A stretch of DNA of 64,000 bases from an uncultured Clostridia bacterium (GCA_944377455.1 CALWEZ010000001.1:4894-68893), one strand, 5' to 3'; positions 38,940-48,285 are shown, counted from the stretch's first letter. Program-made: numbers and translations. The notes: generated by a model not told the origin, from the letters alone.

Positions 38940-39300
38940 TCTAAAATCATCCCTATACTTTGGCTTATGCTATTGATGCAAAACTTATTTTCTCAAAACT
39001 TTCCACAACTCTTCACTGCGAACTGACGGTTCGCCTTCACTCTTGCGTCGCAAACGGCACTTCATTTCGTCTTTTGTCTTACGCCAAAAGCCTTATTATT
39101 CATTTATTTACTCCTTTAGCGACCAAACGAAAATCGCACTTCGTTGGCGATTTTGTCGCTGCTTAAAGTGGTTTCAATTAGAGCGACAACACTGCAGTCC
39201 AAAATCTTCCCTAACTCTTCACTGAAAACCGCAGGTTTTCCTTCACTGGAAGGCATGCCTTCCTTTCACTCTTCACTCAACACATTGCGTTTATTTGACT
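38940..39300 (-). repeat. Intergenic AGTGAAG-hairpin repeat region C, inverted relative to arrays A and B
   Basis: The reverse complement contains AGTGAAG-GCGAAC-cgtca-GTTCGC-AGTGAAGAGTTGTGGAA. It also contains GGAAGGCATGCCTTCCAGTGAAGGAAAACCTGCGGTTTTCAGTGAAGAGT, which matches array B at 49/50 positions. Confidence 0.8.
39119..39162 (+). repeat. GCGACCAAACG...GTCGC structured repeat, copy 2
   Basis: GCGACCAAACG-AAAATCGC-acttcgttg-GCGATTTT-GTCGC. The outer parts are conserved with copy 1. The inner stem has a different sequence but is still complementary. Confidence 0.6.
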
Positions 39301-39357
39301 ATTTCGTGTTTTTGGACTATAATAAGGTCAATATTAATCATTTTTTAGGAGCAAAAA

Positions 39358-39675
39358 GTGGATATAAATAAGAATTTTTTTGCAAATGTCTATGGTTTAG
39401 TTAAAAAAGTGCCAAAGGGCAAGGTGGTGACCTATGGCGAGATTGCGCGTGCGATAGGCAATAAGCGTATGTCACGGCAAGTGGGCTGGGCGCTTCATGT
39501 CAACCCAAAGCCTGGCGAGATACCGTGTCACAGAGTGGTCAACCGCTTTGGCGAACTCTCTTCCGCCTTTGCCTTTGGCGGAATAAACAGACAAGAAGAA
39601 CTTTTGAGGGACGAGGGCGTGGCTGTCATTGACGGAAAGGTGGATTTAGGAAAGTATGGATACAAATTCGATTGA
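39358..39675 (+). CDS. MGMT-family (methylated-DNA-protein-cysteine methyltransferase DNA-binding domain) protein
   Basis: GTG start preceded by AGGAG. VPKGKVVTYGEIA......R.VG.AL...........PCHRVV is the hallmark of the Ogt/Ada C-terminal domain. This is a 105-aa single-domain form. Confidence 0.8.
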   Translation: MDINKNFFANVYGLVKKVPKGKVVTYGEIARAIGNKRMSRQVGWALHVNPKPGEIPCHRVVNRFGELSSAFAFGGINRQEELLRDEGVAVIDGKVDLGKYGYKFD

Positions 39676-40027
39676 TGAGTGCCTTAAAAAACTCTCCACC
39701 TCGCCGTTTAGGAGCAAATTTCACTTAAAGACGAAAGATGTTATGTATGTCAAGACCAAAGGTATGGAAACGATAGAATCGCATGCTTATGATTTCATAA
39801 CTAAAAGGTTGGCGTCAAAAGACATTCCTAACGACGGCAAGCAAACGCCGATGAGAAATCATCCTGTCTTTATCGCTCAACACGCCACAGCGACATGTTG
39901 CCGTGGATGTTTAAATAAATGGTGGAAAATTCCTAAAAATAGGGAGTTGACAGAAGATGAGATAGATTTTGTGGTGGAACTAATAATGGCGTATATTAAA
40001 AAGGAAATGGAAGATGAAAATAATTGA
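39656..40027 (+). CDS. DUF4186-family protein
   Basis: SPFRSKFHL...DGKQTPMRNHPVFIAQHATATCCRGCLNKWW.IP is typical of DUF4186. Overlaps the upstream gene by 20 nt. Confidence 0.65.
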   Translation: MDTNSIDECLKKLSTSPFRSKFHLKTKDVMYVKTKGMETIESHAYDFITKRLASKDIPNDGKQTPMRNHPVFIAQHATATCCRGCLNKWWKIPKNRELTEDEIDFVVELIMAYIKKEMEDENN

Positions 40028-41225
40028 TATAGCGTATAGCGGAAATGGCGTAGCGAAAGAGAATGGCAAAGTGGTGTTTGTTCCGCAAACCGATATTGGC
40101 GAAGAGGTGGATGTTGAAATCGTCAAAACGACCTCGAAGTTTGACATCGGCAAAATTTCCGAGATTGAAAAAGCGTCGCCCTTTCGCGTAATTCCGCCGT
40201 GTCCTTACTATGGCAAATGTGGTGGTTGCGACTTTCAGCATCTCACTTACGAGCGCGAGTTGGAATTAAAAAGACATATCTTGCAAAATGAATTAAAAAA
40301 AATAAATTTTTCGGGCGAGATCGATGTTGAAAAAAGCGAAAAAGTCTACAATTACAGAAATAAAATCAAATTGACCTATAAAAATGGCGAATTGGGTTAC
40401 ATATCAAATCTCACTCATGATTTTGTAGCCGTAGACTCTTGCATGCTTGCAGAAAAGAATATTTTGTTGGCGCTGAAAGTGGTGAGAGAATTTTTGAGCA
40501 AAAATCACTTTCAATATTTAAAAAATGTCGCATTTAGAAGTTATCAAAATGGCGTTATGATAATTTTCCTATTTTCTCAAAAGGAAAAGTTTGTGTATGA
40601 TGAAGTGCTAAATTCTTATCCTGTTGTTATTGCTGTTGGCGAAATTTTGGAGAGCGACAAAACAAAAGTTGTGAAAATCTATAACAACACCGATATGAAA
40701 TATCGACTAATGGGCGAAGAATTTGACATCGACGCTAAATCATTTTTGCAAGTGAATAAAGATATGGCAGAAAAGTTGTATAAATTTGTTTTAAACAATA
40801 TCGGCGAGCAGGTGGTTATAAATGCCTACTCAGGTCAAGGCGTGCTTTCGAAAATACTATCTAAAAAGGCGAAAAAAGTTGTTGGAATTGAAATGCAAAA
40901 GTCCTCTCATCTTATTGCAGAAAAAATCAAATCTCCAAATATGCTCAATGTCAATGCAAAGGTCGAGGATGTGATAGGAAAGTTTGCCACGGATGTTGAT
41001 GCCGTTGTGCTTGACCCAGCGCGAGAAGGTTGCAAAAGCGAGGTTTTGAGCGAAATTATAAAGGCAAACATCAAGAAAATCATCTACATTTCGTGTAATT
41101 TTTCTACGCTTGTGCGCGACCTCAAATCTTTAACAAAATTTTACAAAATAGACAAAGTGAAAATTTTTGATATGTTTCCAAAGACAGCAAATTTAGAAGT
41201 TTGTCTCATTTTAGAAAAATTTTGA
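40014..41225 (+). CDS. TRAM-domain 23S rRNA (uracil-C5)-methyltransferase, RumA/RlmD family
   Basis: N-terminal TRAM domain (GNGVAKENGKVVFVP....GEEVDVEIVK), Fe-S cluster cysteines CPYYGKCGGCDFQHL, and a C-terminal SAM methyltransferase domain (VLDPAREGC...YISCN). Confidence 0.85.
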   Translation: MKIIDIAYSGNGVAKENGKVVFVPQTDIGEEVDVEIVKTTSKFDIGKISEIEKASPFRVIPPCPYYGKCGGCDFQHLTYERELELKRHILQNELKKINFSGEIDVEKSEKVYNYRNKIKLTYKNGELGYISNLTHDFVAVDSCMLAEKNILLALKVVREFLSKNHFQYLKNVAFRSYQNGVMIIFLFSQKEKFVYDEVLNSYPVVIAVGEILESDKTKVVKIYNNTDMKYRLMGEEFDIDAKSFLQVNKDMAEKLYKFVLNNIGEQVVINAYSGQGVLSKILSKKAKKVVGIEMQKSSHLIAEKIKSPNMLNVNAKVEDVIGKFATDVDAVVLDPAREGCKSEVLSEIIKANIKKIIYISCNFSTLVRDLKSLTKFYKIDKVKIFDMFPKTANLEVCLILEKF

Positions 41226-41287
41226 AAAATTTACAATTTTTGTCAAGGTGACCCGCATAAAATATTTAAAATTATTTAACTATTTGA

Positions 41288-41316
41288 TTGACATTATTAA
41301 GAGTTTGTGTTATACT
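41288..41316 (+). promoter_or_regulatory. Promoter of the 322-aa/1971-aa gene pair
   Basis: TTGACA, 17-nt spacer, TATACT with an extended -10 TG. Confidence 0.6.
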
Positions 41317-41377
41317 ATTAATGAAATAATTTTCAGTTATTTTCAAAGACTAAATTTAACCTTTTAAGGAGAAGATA

Positions 41378-42346
41378 TTGACTAACATAAAAAACTATAT
41401 CCTATATGGCGTTATCATTCTTGTTGCCGTTATCACTGGTGTGGCAATAGGAAGTGTTTATGTTAGCGGTCTAATTCCAGCGGTCGACACATCGAGTTTG
41501 ACTGAGGCGGCTCTTCGTGATGACGAGGACGAAATAAGGCAACTTTATGAAGACGCTGTCAGCGGAAGAAGAACCTCTTTTTCGGCTGTCGAACTATACC
41601 AAATCGGCGAGTATAAACTTAAAAACACGGATAGGTATGTGAAAATCTTAAGCGGTAGTGTTGAAAGTTTGTTTGGTATAACTCAAAATATGAAGGCGAT
41701 CAAAACTTCAACCGAAGATGGTATATATTATCTCAAAATGAGCCCTGCGAAAATGGACATGGCGCCTTCCATGGCAGTTAAACAAAGATATGAATATGAT
41801 AATCCTAATGAAATATATCTTAACGAAACGAGAGATAAGAATAACATCAAAGGTAATACTGTGGATGAATACTATGTAGACCTTGACGAAAGCACTGCAA
41901 AGACATTAACGCTTGATGAGTATAAATCTTTCTTCAACACAGAGCCAACAACCCCGCTCACTTATATTGTTTCTGACCTTACCACACAGGAAGGCACTTA
42001 TGACACAAATGTCACCTTAAATAGCGACAATCAATATGTTTTCAACATCAAAATGACAGGCGAATATGCCACATATGCTGCTTTTTACTATAGTTATGAA
42101 ATTCGGCATTTTAGTGGAGACATTCCAACAACTCCGCCAAAGCAATCGGAACTTCCTTCATGGAAAAGTGTGGAAATGACAGTAACTATGGACAGCGATT
42201 TTAATATACTTTCCATTCACTACTCAGAAAGTTATAATATAGACACAAGTATTTTACCAAATGCTCCAGTCAATGACGACTTTGAAGATGTCTTCTACTA
42301 TGATGACGAAACCATTGAACAATACCTTGCGCTATCTTTAGCGTAA
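41378..42346 (+). CDS. Hypothetical N-terminally membrane-anchored extracytoplasmic protein (322 aa)
   Basis: TTG start 6 nt after AAGGAG. N-terminal TM segment ILYGVIILVAVITGVAIGSVYV. The rest is hydrophilic. No family recognised. Confidence 0.7.
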   Translation: MTNIKNYILYGVIILVAVITGVAIGSVYVSGLIPAVDTSSLTEAALRDDEDEIRQLYEDAVSGRRTSFSAVELYQIGEYKLKNTDRYVKILSGSVESLFGITQNMKAIKTSTEDGIYYLKMSPAKMDMAPSMAVKQRYEYDNPNEIYLNETRDKNNIKGNTVDEYYVDLDESTAKTLTLDEYKSFFNTEPTTPLTYIVSDLTTQEGTYDTNVTLNSDNQYVFNIKMTGEYATYAAFYYSYEIRHFSGDIPTTPPKQSELPSWKSVEMTVTMDSDFNILSIHYSESYNIDTSILPNAPVNDDFEDVFYYDDETIEQYLALSLA

Positions 42347-42369
42347 TTGCAAGTTAAATTAGGAGAAAT

Positions 42370-45300
42370 ATGCGTAGCCCAGAGAAAAGAGAACGAACAT
42401 TTTTATCGAAGATGTTTAGGACAATTTCAATCTACATGATAATTGCCCTATGTTCTTTTTTTAGTTATATTATGCTGTTTGGCGATGTCTCTTTCACGCC
42501 GACCTTACCAGGTAGTAATGTTGATGCTTCGGAAGACTCAAACATGAACAAACTTCTAAACGCCTTTATGGGCGCCGAAAATGTGACGGCGAATATGAAC
42601 ATATCTGTTGTCGGAAATGATTTGGATGTTGACTTGGATGTGGACGCCAAAGTCAACATGCAAAACTTTGATTTTGATGTAACTTTGAAAACCGCTCTTA
42701 ATGACACTTCGTATAACATCGAAATTTTTAAAAATAGCGAATTAGATAGTTTTCTTCATATCAATATAAATGATAGCCTTTTTAAACTCGACTTGAATGA
42801 AATTTCTTCTATGGAAGAGATTGATTTTTCCGCCTTGCTATCAAGTTTCAGTGGCGGAGAACAATTGAGCAGTATTTTAGATGCTGTCGGCACTGTTATC
42901 GGCGTTGATTTAACTGACCTTAGCATGGAAAATATAATGACAAAGTTAGAAATCGTTGAAAATGTCTCGGAAAATGCCTATCGTTTCACCATCTACTTTG
43001 GAAATCTGCGTTTGACACTCGATACCAGCGAAGATTTCAAAAATATGACGGCGTCTGTGAGAGAACTCACTGTCAATAACTACAAGATTAATTGCGCGAT
43101 TGACTCAATCACGCTTGACGACCAAAATTTTGACATCGACACCGAACCAGCAGGCGAAGAGTTAGACATCTCTTCTCTTCTAAAAATCGTGGAAAACGCA
43201 AAGTTAGATGATAATAGTTACGCACTATCTGGCGATGTTGTTGTTAAATATGACGGTAAGGAGTTAGCAGGCAGTGTTGGCGCGAAGATTGTTGATTCTG
43301 GAAATGGAGTGCTTCCATTTGTTCGCTTCAAGACAAATGTGGGCGGAGTTGACGCATATATCTACTATATCGACAACACCATTTATTTAAGCATTGAACA
43401 ACTCAATTTCAAATTTGATATTGACAATATTCCTGAAATCGAAAGCATTTTGGAAGAGTATAATATCAACTTGGATGTTGAGGCGCTCATGGCAGTCACG
43501 GTTGCTATGCCAACCTTTGAAAACTTCAATATCAAAGTTTTAGAAAATGGCTTTGAACTATCACTACAAGATGAAATCATTTTCGATGACACAATTTCAT
43601 TGAGTAATTCTAATATTACGCTTATAACAAAAACTATCGACGAAAATATCTTGCCAGACCTATTAAATCTAACAACAACTTTGACAATGGATGGAACTCC
43701 AAAAGAGGTCGGCGTGGAAATTTCAAACATCATGATAGGTCAAAGCACGCAATATCTATCCGATATGGAGTTAGACGGAAATGAGGTTTTAAATCTTAAC
43801 ACAAAGAGTGGCATGGTCAGTGTTCAAGATTATGTCGACCTAGCAAACTTTATAGACATCTTTAAAGTGGTTAAAGATGCCGAAAACATAACCTTTAACA
43901 TCGATGTTGAAATTGACGATTTACTCAAAGTGAGTGGCTTAGGAAAGTTTGACATTAAATCAATGAGTTTCAACCTAGATGTTGATGTGGATATCGACGG
44001 CTTGAAATTAAATATCTTCCTTTATGGCGAAGATATGTTAAATAGCCATGTGGTCTATGCAACAATCGGCGAGAAGAGTTTAAAACTCAACTTGGATGAA
44101 GCGAATTTGACAGAACTACTCACAGAGTTTGGCGTGAGCATGGACACGGCAAGTGCGCTTGACAAGGTCAGTGCCGAACTTGGAGTGGACTTTGAAAACA
44201 TCGATATTTTAGAGATATTAAAGAACTTGACCTTAACTGAGAGTGAAGAGAACGGCGTTTTGACCTACACAATATCCTTGCTTGCAAGCGAAAATGAAGA
44301 GTCAACCGCTATCAATTCAAATGAAGTTACAAGCAACGAAAATCTTATCGGCCTAATTCTAACTTACAACAAAAACACAAACACCTTTGGCTTGAATTTT
44401 GCTAAGAATATTTCAGGTTATGATATCACATTAAATGTCAGTGACCTTCAAATCAATGCAAGCGACTTTGCTTTAACAGCGCCAACTGGCAACGAAGAAG
44501 ACATCACACCAATCTTTGACATTGTGGAGAACGCAAAGGTTGAGAATGGATACGCTCTTTCAAGTGTGGCAACCATCACGCTTGATGATAAATCCTATCA
44601 GGCACGCATTTCGGCGCAGTTGCTAAAGAGCGGAAATGAATATTTGCCATATATTTCTCTTAGCACCGAGATTGAGGGTGTTAAGATAAATGCATACCTT
44701 GTTGAAGAAGAGATATATCTAAATGTCGAGAACTTGATGTTTGCAGTGAACATTAATGAACTTGATATTGAAGAACTTACAAACATTTTAGAAGAAGAAT
44801 TTAATTTAAGCGCTGACGCCATTGAGACGATAACCATTGCCATGCCAGCACTTGCCGACATCACAATTTCGGGCTTAACAAACGGCTTTAATATAAGTTT
44901 GGATAGCGAGATTGTGGTTAACGATAACCTTAAACTTTCAAACAGCGACTTAGACATCGTGACATATGCTGATAACGGCGTGATGGTTCTAGATTACATT
45001 CAAATATCCTCGCAACTTTCCGCAACTGGCAAAGCATATTCCTTGATATTTAAGTTAGACGACATCATGTTAGGCGAAGAGGCGGAAGGTTTAGACACAT
45101 TTGTATTCACTGACGGCAAGGTGACAGCAATCAACATCGACAACAACACAGTTCCAACCGACGACTTTGTTCGCGTGGAAAATCTACTTAAAATCTTCAA
45201 AGAGATTGTGGATGCTGAAAACTTAACCTTTAACATCGACGTTGAAATTGACGATTTACTCAAAGTGAGTGGCTTAGGAAAGTTTGACATTAAATCAATG

Positions 45301-48285
45301 AGTTTCAACCTAGATGTTGATGTGGATATCGACGGCTTGAAACTAAACATCTTCCTTTATGGCGAAGATATGTTAAATAGCCATGTGGTCTATGCAACAA
45401 TCGGCGAGAAGAGTTTAAAACTCAACTTGGACGAAGCGAATTTGACAGAACTACTCACAGAGTTTGGCGTGAGCATGGACACGGCAAGTGCGCTTGACGA
45501 GGTCAGTGCCGAACTTGGAGTTGATTTTGAAAATATCGACATTTTAGAGATATTGAAGAACTTGACCTTAACTGAGATTGAAGAGAACGGCGTTTTGACC
45601 TACACAATATCCTTGCTTGCAAGCGAAAATGAAGAGTTAACCGCTATCAATTCAAATGAAGTTGCAAGCAACGAAAATCTTATCGACCTAATTCTAACTT
45701 ACAACAAAAACACAAACACCTTTGGCTTGAATTTTGCTAAGAATATTTCAGGTTATGATATCACATTAAATGTCAGTGACCTTCAAATCAATGCAAGCGA
45801 CTTCACTTTAACAGCGCCAACTGGCAACGAAGAAGACATCACGCCAATCTTTGACATTGTGGAAGATATCAAGGTGGATGACTACACCTATGCAATCTCT
45901 GGCGATTTGGCAGTTAGATACAGCACAACCTCTTTCTATGGCGATATGCTTGCCATGATTGTGCGTAAGGGCGAGGAATATGTGCCATATGTTCGCGTCT
46001 ACACAAGCGCTATGAACATTGAAACCTATATCTATCTACTTGATGATGACATCTATCTTGACCTTCAAGGCTTAAGGCTCACTTTCAATTTATCAGAGTC
46101 GACCATAGATGAGATTTTGACATTTGTCAGCGATGACTTAAAGTTGACTATCTCTGGCATGGAAAATTTAACCGCCACATTTAATGTGATTTTACCAGCA
46201 CTAAATAGCATAAGCGCAAATTGGATTGACGGTGGCGTGCAAATCAATATCGGCGAAGATTTGAAATACACCGAAACCGCTAAATTTGCCGATATCGTTA
46301 TGCAAGCGTTCGGCGAAAGCGCAAACGGCAAAATCTATCCAACAAAAGTTGTGATAGGCGCAAACATAGTCGACCCTAACACCGACATCTATGATAGTTA
46401 CGAAGAGTGGTGGCTTGAAAATGAAGAGGCAATAACGAAAGATAAAAACTTTGCAATCTACCTTTCAAATGTGGCGATAGGAACGAACAGCCTGTTCATG
46501 GATGACATTGTCTTTGACGAACTAGGCAATGTTATGAGCCTTAAGGGTAAGGACGGCAAGTATTCCTTAAACAACTTTGAAAACATCAAGGGACTTTTAT
46601 CTCTTGCGAAAGGATTGCTTGATTATTTAAACAACGGCTCCTATTCTTATACCACTGAAGATATCACTGCCACGCTCTATAAACTTTCACTAAATGCAAA
46701 GTTGGGCAACACAGAATTCACAGACAGCAATGTTCTTGTGGAACTTGCGGAAGAGATTAACGCTGAAAATAAGGCGGAAGAAGATAGGAAGATTGTTTCC
46801 ACTTTGTTTGGTGGTAAGTCACTGAAGGTGCAAGGCGACATGAATATTACAACAACAAGCGTTTCAGAAGATAACACATCTACCACCACAGCACATGAGG
46901 CATCCATCTACTATAATAGCAATGAATACGAAGATGAGAATACCCCGAACACAAGCGGACTTTACATTACCTATGCACATGACAATTTCATAAATTCCGA
47001 CACAAAATTCCGTGGACATATAGAAAATGCTAGCATGAGTGACCTAATTGCCATGATTTTGGGAATAACGAATGTTAAACTTGACCCTGCAATACTCGAA
47101 AGTTGGGATTTGACCACTTCGTTTGAGCAGTCGACCACCGATTTCAGTTTCTTGCGTGAACTTATGGGCTTAAATAAAGAGGAAGGCGACGATGTTGTCA
47201 CAACTGTTGACTCCACACTTTTAAGCGTTTCCAACATTTTAAAGATGCTTGATAACATCTCTTTTGTGAACGAAGATAGCACATCCAGCCTTATCATCAG
47301 CATAGTTAGCGGAGAAGATGTTGGCAATTTAACAATCTTATTCACAAAAGAGATTGTAGATGGCGTAACAGTCTGCTCGCCAACAAGCATCAGTTTTACG
47401 CTTGGTGATATGTATGCAAACATCAACTTTGAATATGGAGAGCCAGCGGACGACCAACAGACAGACACTAACTCGAATGGAGTTCAAGATAACTTTGAAT
47501 TTACCTACAACACTTCAGCCACACATCACGACCTAAGCAGTCTGCCAGAGTTTATGGACATCGCAGTGAATAAAATAAATGAACGCACAATTAATCTAAG
47601 TGGGACTGCATATTTAAAAATACTTACTGATTTGACTGCTATAAATATTGATGTTGATGTGACAATTAACTTAGTAGATTTTTCAGTTGTGGCATATCTG
47701 AGTCCAGAAGCACTTATTGGCACAACTTATCTTGATAGAGTTTCAGCTTTCTTTGGAGAAACAACTAAGTATTCAACTATCGGAGAATATGATAAGAGAG
47801 TTTCAACGATAACTTTTGCGAAAGATGGTAATGGAGAATATATTTTGACAATTCACCAAGATACTGATGGTAGTGTTAAAGAATGGTCATACAAAACATC
47901 TGAAATGTTAGGAACTACAGACGGAACTTCAAATATTATTATCATCATGGCGCAAGCGATTGGTTTGACCGACAGTATGGTTGATTTAATAACTTGGGGA
48001 ATGGGCTTAATGGAACCTAATATTTCGTTGGAAGAAACATTACAATCATTCAATCGTAATACAGTTGAGGAAACCACCGAAAGTGGAACTATTGTAGAGA
48101 AATTGACTGGTTATACACTCGGCATTAAAGGCGAAACTCTAACTGGCACAAGTCTAATTGGCGATTTTGACCTTACTGTGGGCGTTAGCGAAAATAATGG
48201 AGAATATGCGTTATCCAACGTTGTTACCACCATGAAAATTTTTGCAAGCATGGTTACACTTGACCTTGATTTAGGCATATTGTGA
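42370..48285 (+). CDS. Giant (1971 aa) N-terminally membrane-anchored, beta-rich modular protein with an internal 445-aa repeat module
   Basis: RBS AGGAG. N-terminal TM segment ISIYMIIALCSFFSYIMLF. Three successive copies begin with the module (E)EDI(S/T)...(I/F)(V/D)IVE(N/D)(A/I)K...YA(L/I)S(G/S), at about nt 43160, 44500 and 45835. The gene starts 23 nt after the 322-aa gene. Confidence 0.85.
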   Translation: MRSPEKRERTFLSKMFRTISIYMIIALCSFFSYIMLFGDVSFTPTLPGSNVDASEDSNMNKLLNAFMGAENVTANMNISVVGNDLDVDLDVDAKVNMQNFDFDVTLKTALNDTSYNIEIFKNSELDSFLHININDSLFKLDLNEISSMEEIDFSALLSSFSGGEQLSSILDAVGTVIGVDLTDLSMENIMTKLEIVENVSENAYRFTIYFGNLRLTLDTSEDFKNMTASVRELTVNNYKINCAIDSITLDDQNFDIDTEPAGEELDISSLLKIVENAKLDDNSYALSGDVVVKYDGKELAGSVGAKIVDSGNGVLPFVRFKTNVGGVDAYIYYIDNTIYLSIEQLNFKFDIDNIPEIESILEEYNINLDVEALMAVTVAMPTFENFNIKVLENGFELSLQDEIIFDDTISLSNSNITLITKTIDENILPDLLNLTTTLTMDGTPKEVGVEISNIMIGQSTQYLSDMELDGNEVLNLNTKSGMVSVQDYVDLANFIDIFKVVKDAENITFNIDVEIDDLLKVSGLGKFDIKSMSFNLDVDVDIDGLKLNIFLYGEDMLNSHVVYATIGEKSLKLNLDEANLTELLTEFGVSMDTASALDKVSAELGVDFENIDILEILKNLTLTESEENGVLTYTISLLASENEESTAINSNEVTSNENLIGLILTYNKNTNTFGLNFAKNISGYDITLNVSDLQINASDFALTAPTGNEEDITPIFDIVENAKVENGYALSSVATITLDDKSYQARISAQLLKSGNEYLPYISLSTEIEGVKINAYLVEEEIYLNVENLMFAVNINELDIEELTNILEEEFNLSADAIETITIAMPALADITISGLTNGFNISLDSEIVVNDNLKLSNSDLDIVTYADNGVMVLDYIQISSQLSATGKAYSLIFKLDDIMLGEEAEGLDTFVFTDGKVTAINIDNNTVPTDDFVRVENLLKIFKEIVDAENLTFNIDVEIDDLLKVSGLGKFDIKSMSFNLDVDVDIDGLKLNIFLYGEDMLNSHVVYATIGEKSLKLNLDEANLTELLTEFGVSMDTASALDEVSAELGVDFENIDILEILKNLTLTEIEENGVLTYTISLLASENEELTAINSNEVASNENLIDLILTYNKNTNTFGLNFAKNISGYDITLNVSDLQINASDFTLTAPTGNEEDITPIFDIVEDIKVDDYTYAISGDLAVRYSTTSFYGDMLAMIVRKGEEYVPYVRVYTSAMNIETYIYLLDDDIYLDLQGLRLTFNLSESTIDEILTFVSDDLKLTISGMENLTATFNVILPALNSISANWIDGGVQINIGEDLKYTETAKFADIVMQAFGESANGKIYPTKVVIGANIVDPNTDIYDSYEEWWLENEEAITKDKNFAIYLSNVAIGTNSLFMDDIVFDELGNVMSLKGKDGKYSLNNFENIKGLLSLAKGLLDYLNNGSYSYTTEDITATLYKLSLNAKLGNTEFTDSNVLVELAEEINAENKAEEDRKIVSTLFGGKSLKVQGDMNITTTSVSEDNTSTTTAHEASIYYNSNEYEDENTPNTSGLYITYAHDNFINSDTKFRGHIENASMSDLIAMILGITNVKLDPAILESWDLTTSFEQSTTDFSFLRELMGLNKEEGDDVVTTVDSTLLSVSNILKMLDNISFVNEDSTSSLIISIVSGEDVGNLTILFTKEIVDGVTVCSPTSISFTLGDMYANINFEYGEPADDQQTDTNSNGVQDNFEFTYNTSATHHDLSSLPEFMDIAVNKINERTINLSGTAYLKILTDLTAINIDVDVTINLVDFSVVAYLSPEALIGTTYLDRVSAFFGETTKYSTIGEYDKRVSTITFAKDGNGEYILTIHQDTDGSVKEWSYKTSEMLGTTDGTSNIIIIMAQAIGLTDSMVDLITWGMGLMEPNISLEETLQSFNRNTVEETTESGTIVEKLTGYTLGIKGETLTGTSLIGDFDLTVGVSENNGEYALSNVVTTMKIFASMVTLDLDLGIL
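43876..44530 (+). repeat. Intragenic near-identical direct repeat, copy 1 (655 bp)
   Basis: Encodes DAENITFNIDVEIDDLLKVSGLGKFDIKSMSFNLDVDVDIDGLKLNIFLYGEDMLNSHVVYATIGEKSLKLNLDEANL... . The stretch is almost base-for-base identical to 45211-45865, at an offset of 1335 bp (445 codons). Confidence 0.9.
45211..45865 (+). repeat. Intragenic near-identical direct repeat, copy 2 (655 bp)
   Basis: Same as copy 1 apart from scattered substitutions, for example K/E in ALD(K/E)VSAELG, S/I in LTE(S/I)EENG, S/L in NEE(S/L)TAIN, G/D in NLI(G/D)LIL and A/T in SDF(A/T)LTAP. Confidence 0.9.

Noticed and set aside
34238-39300. Possible CRISPR array: regularly spaced short repeats with variable sequence in between
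   Set aside because: The conserved unit is only about 7-8 nt (AGTGAAG) and the period is about 24 nt. The variable parts are self-complementary hairpins rather than unique spacers. No cas genes or leader are present. I interpret these as structured repeat arrays.
34241-39371. Track ORFs lying in the repeat regions: 34241-34444(-), 35007-35234(-), 38327-38512(+), 38360-38632(-), 38589-38780(+), 38960-39166(+), 39043-39225(+) and 39144-39371(+). Two pairs share peptide similarity (SSLKTAGFPSLEG.PS.H.SL and ATKR.SH..G..VA).
   Set aside because: The peptide similarity is a by-product of the DNA repeats occurring in opposite orientations. The ORFs lack RBSs, overlap a tRNA, terminators and promoters, and have repeat-driven, low-complexity composition.
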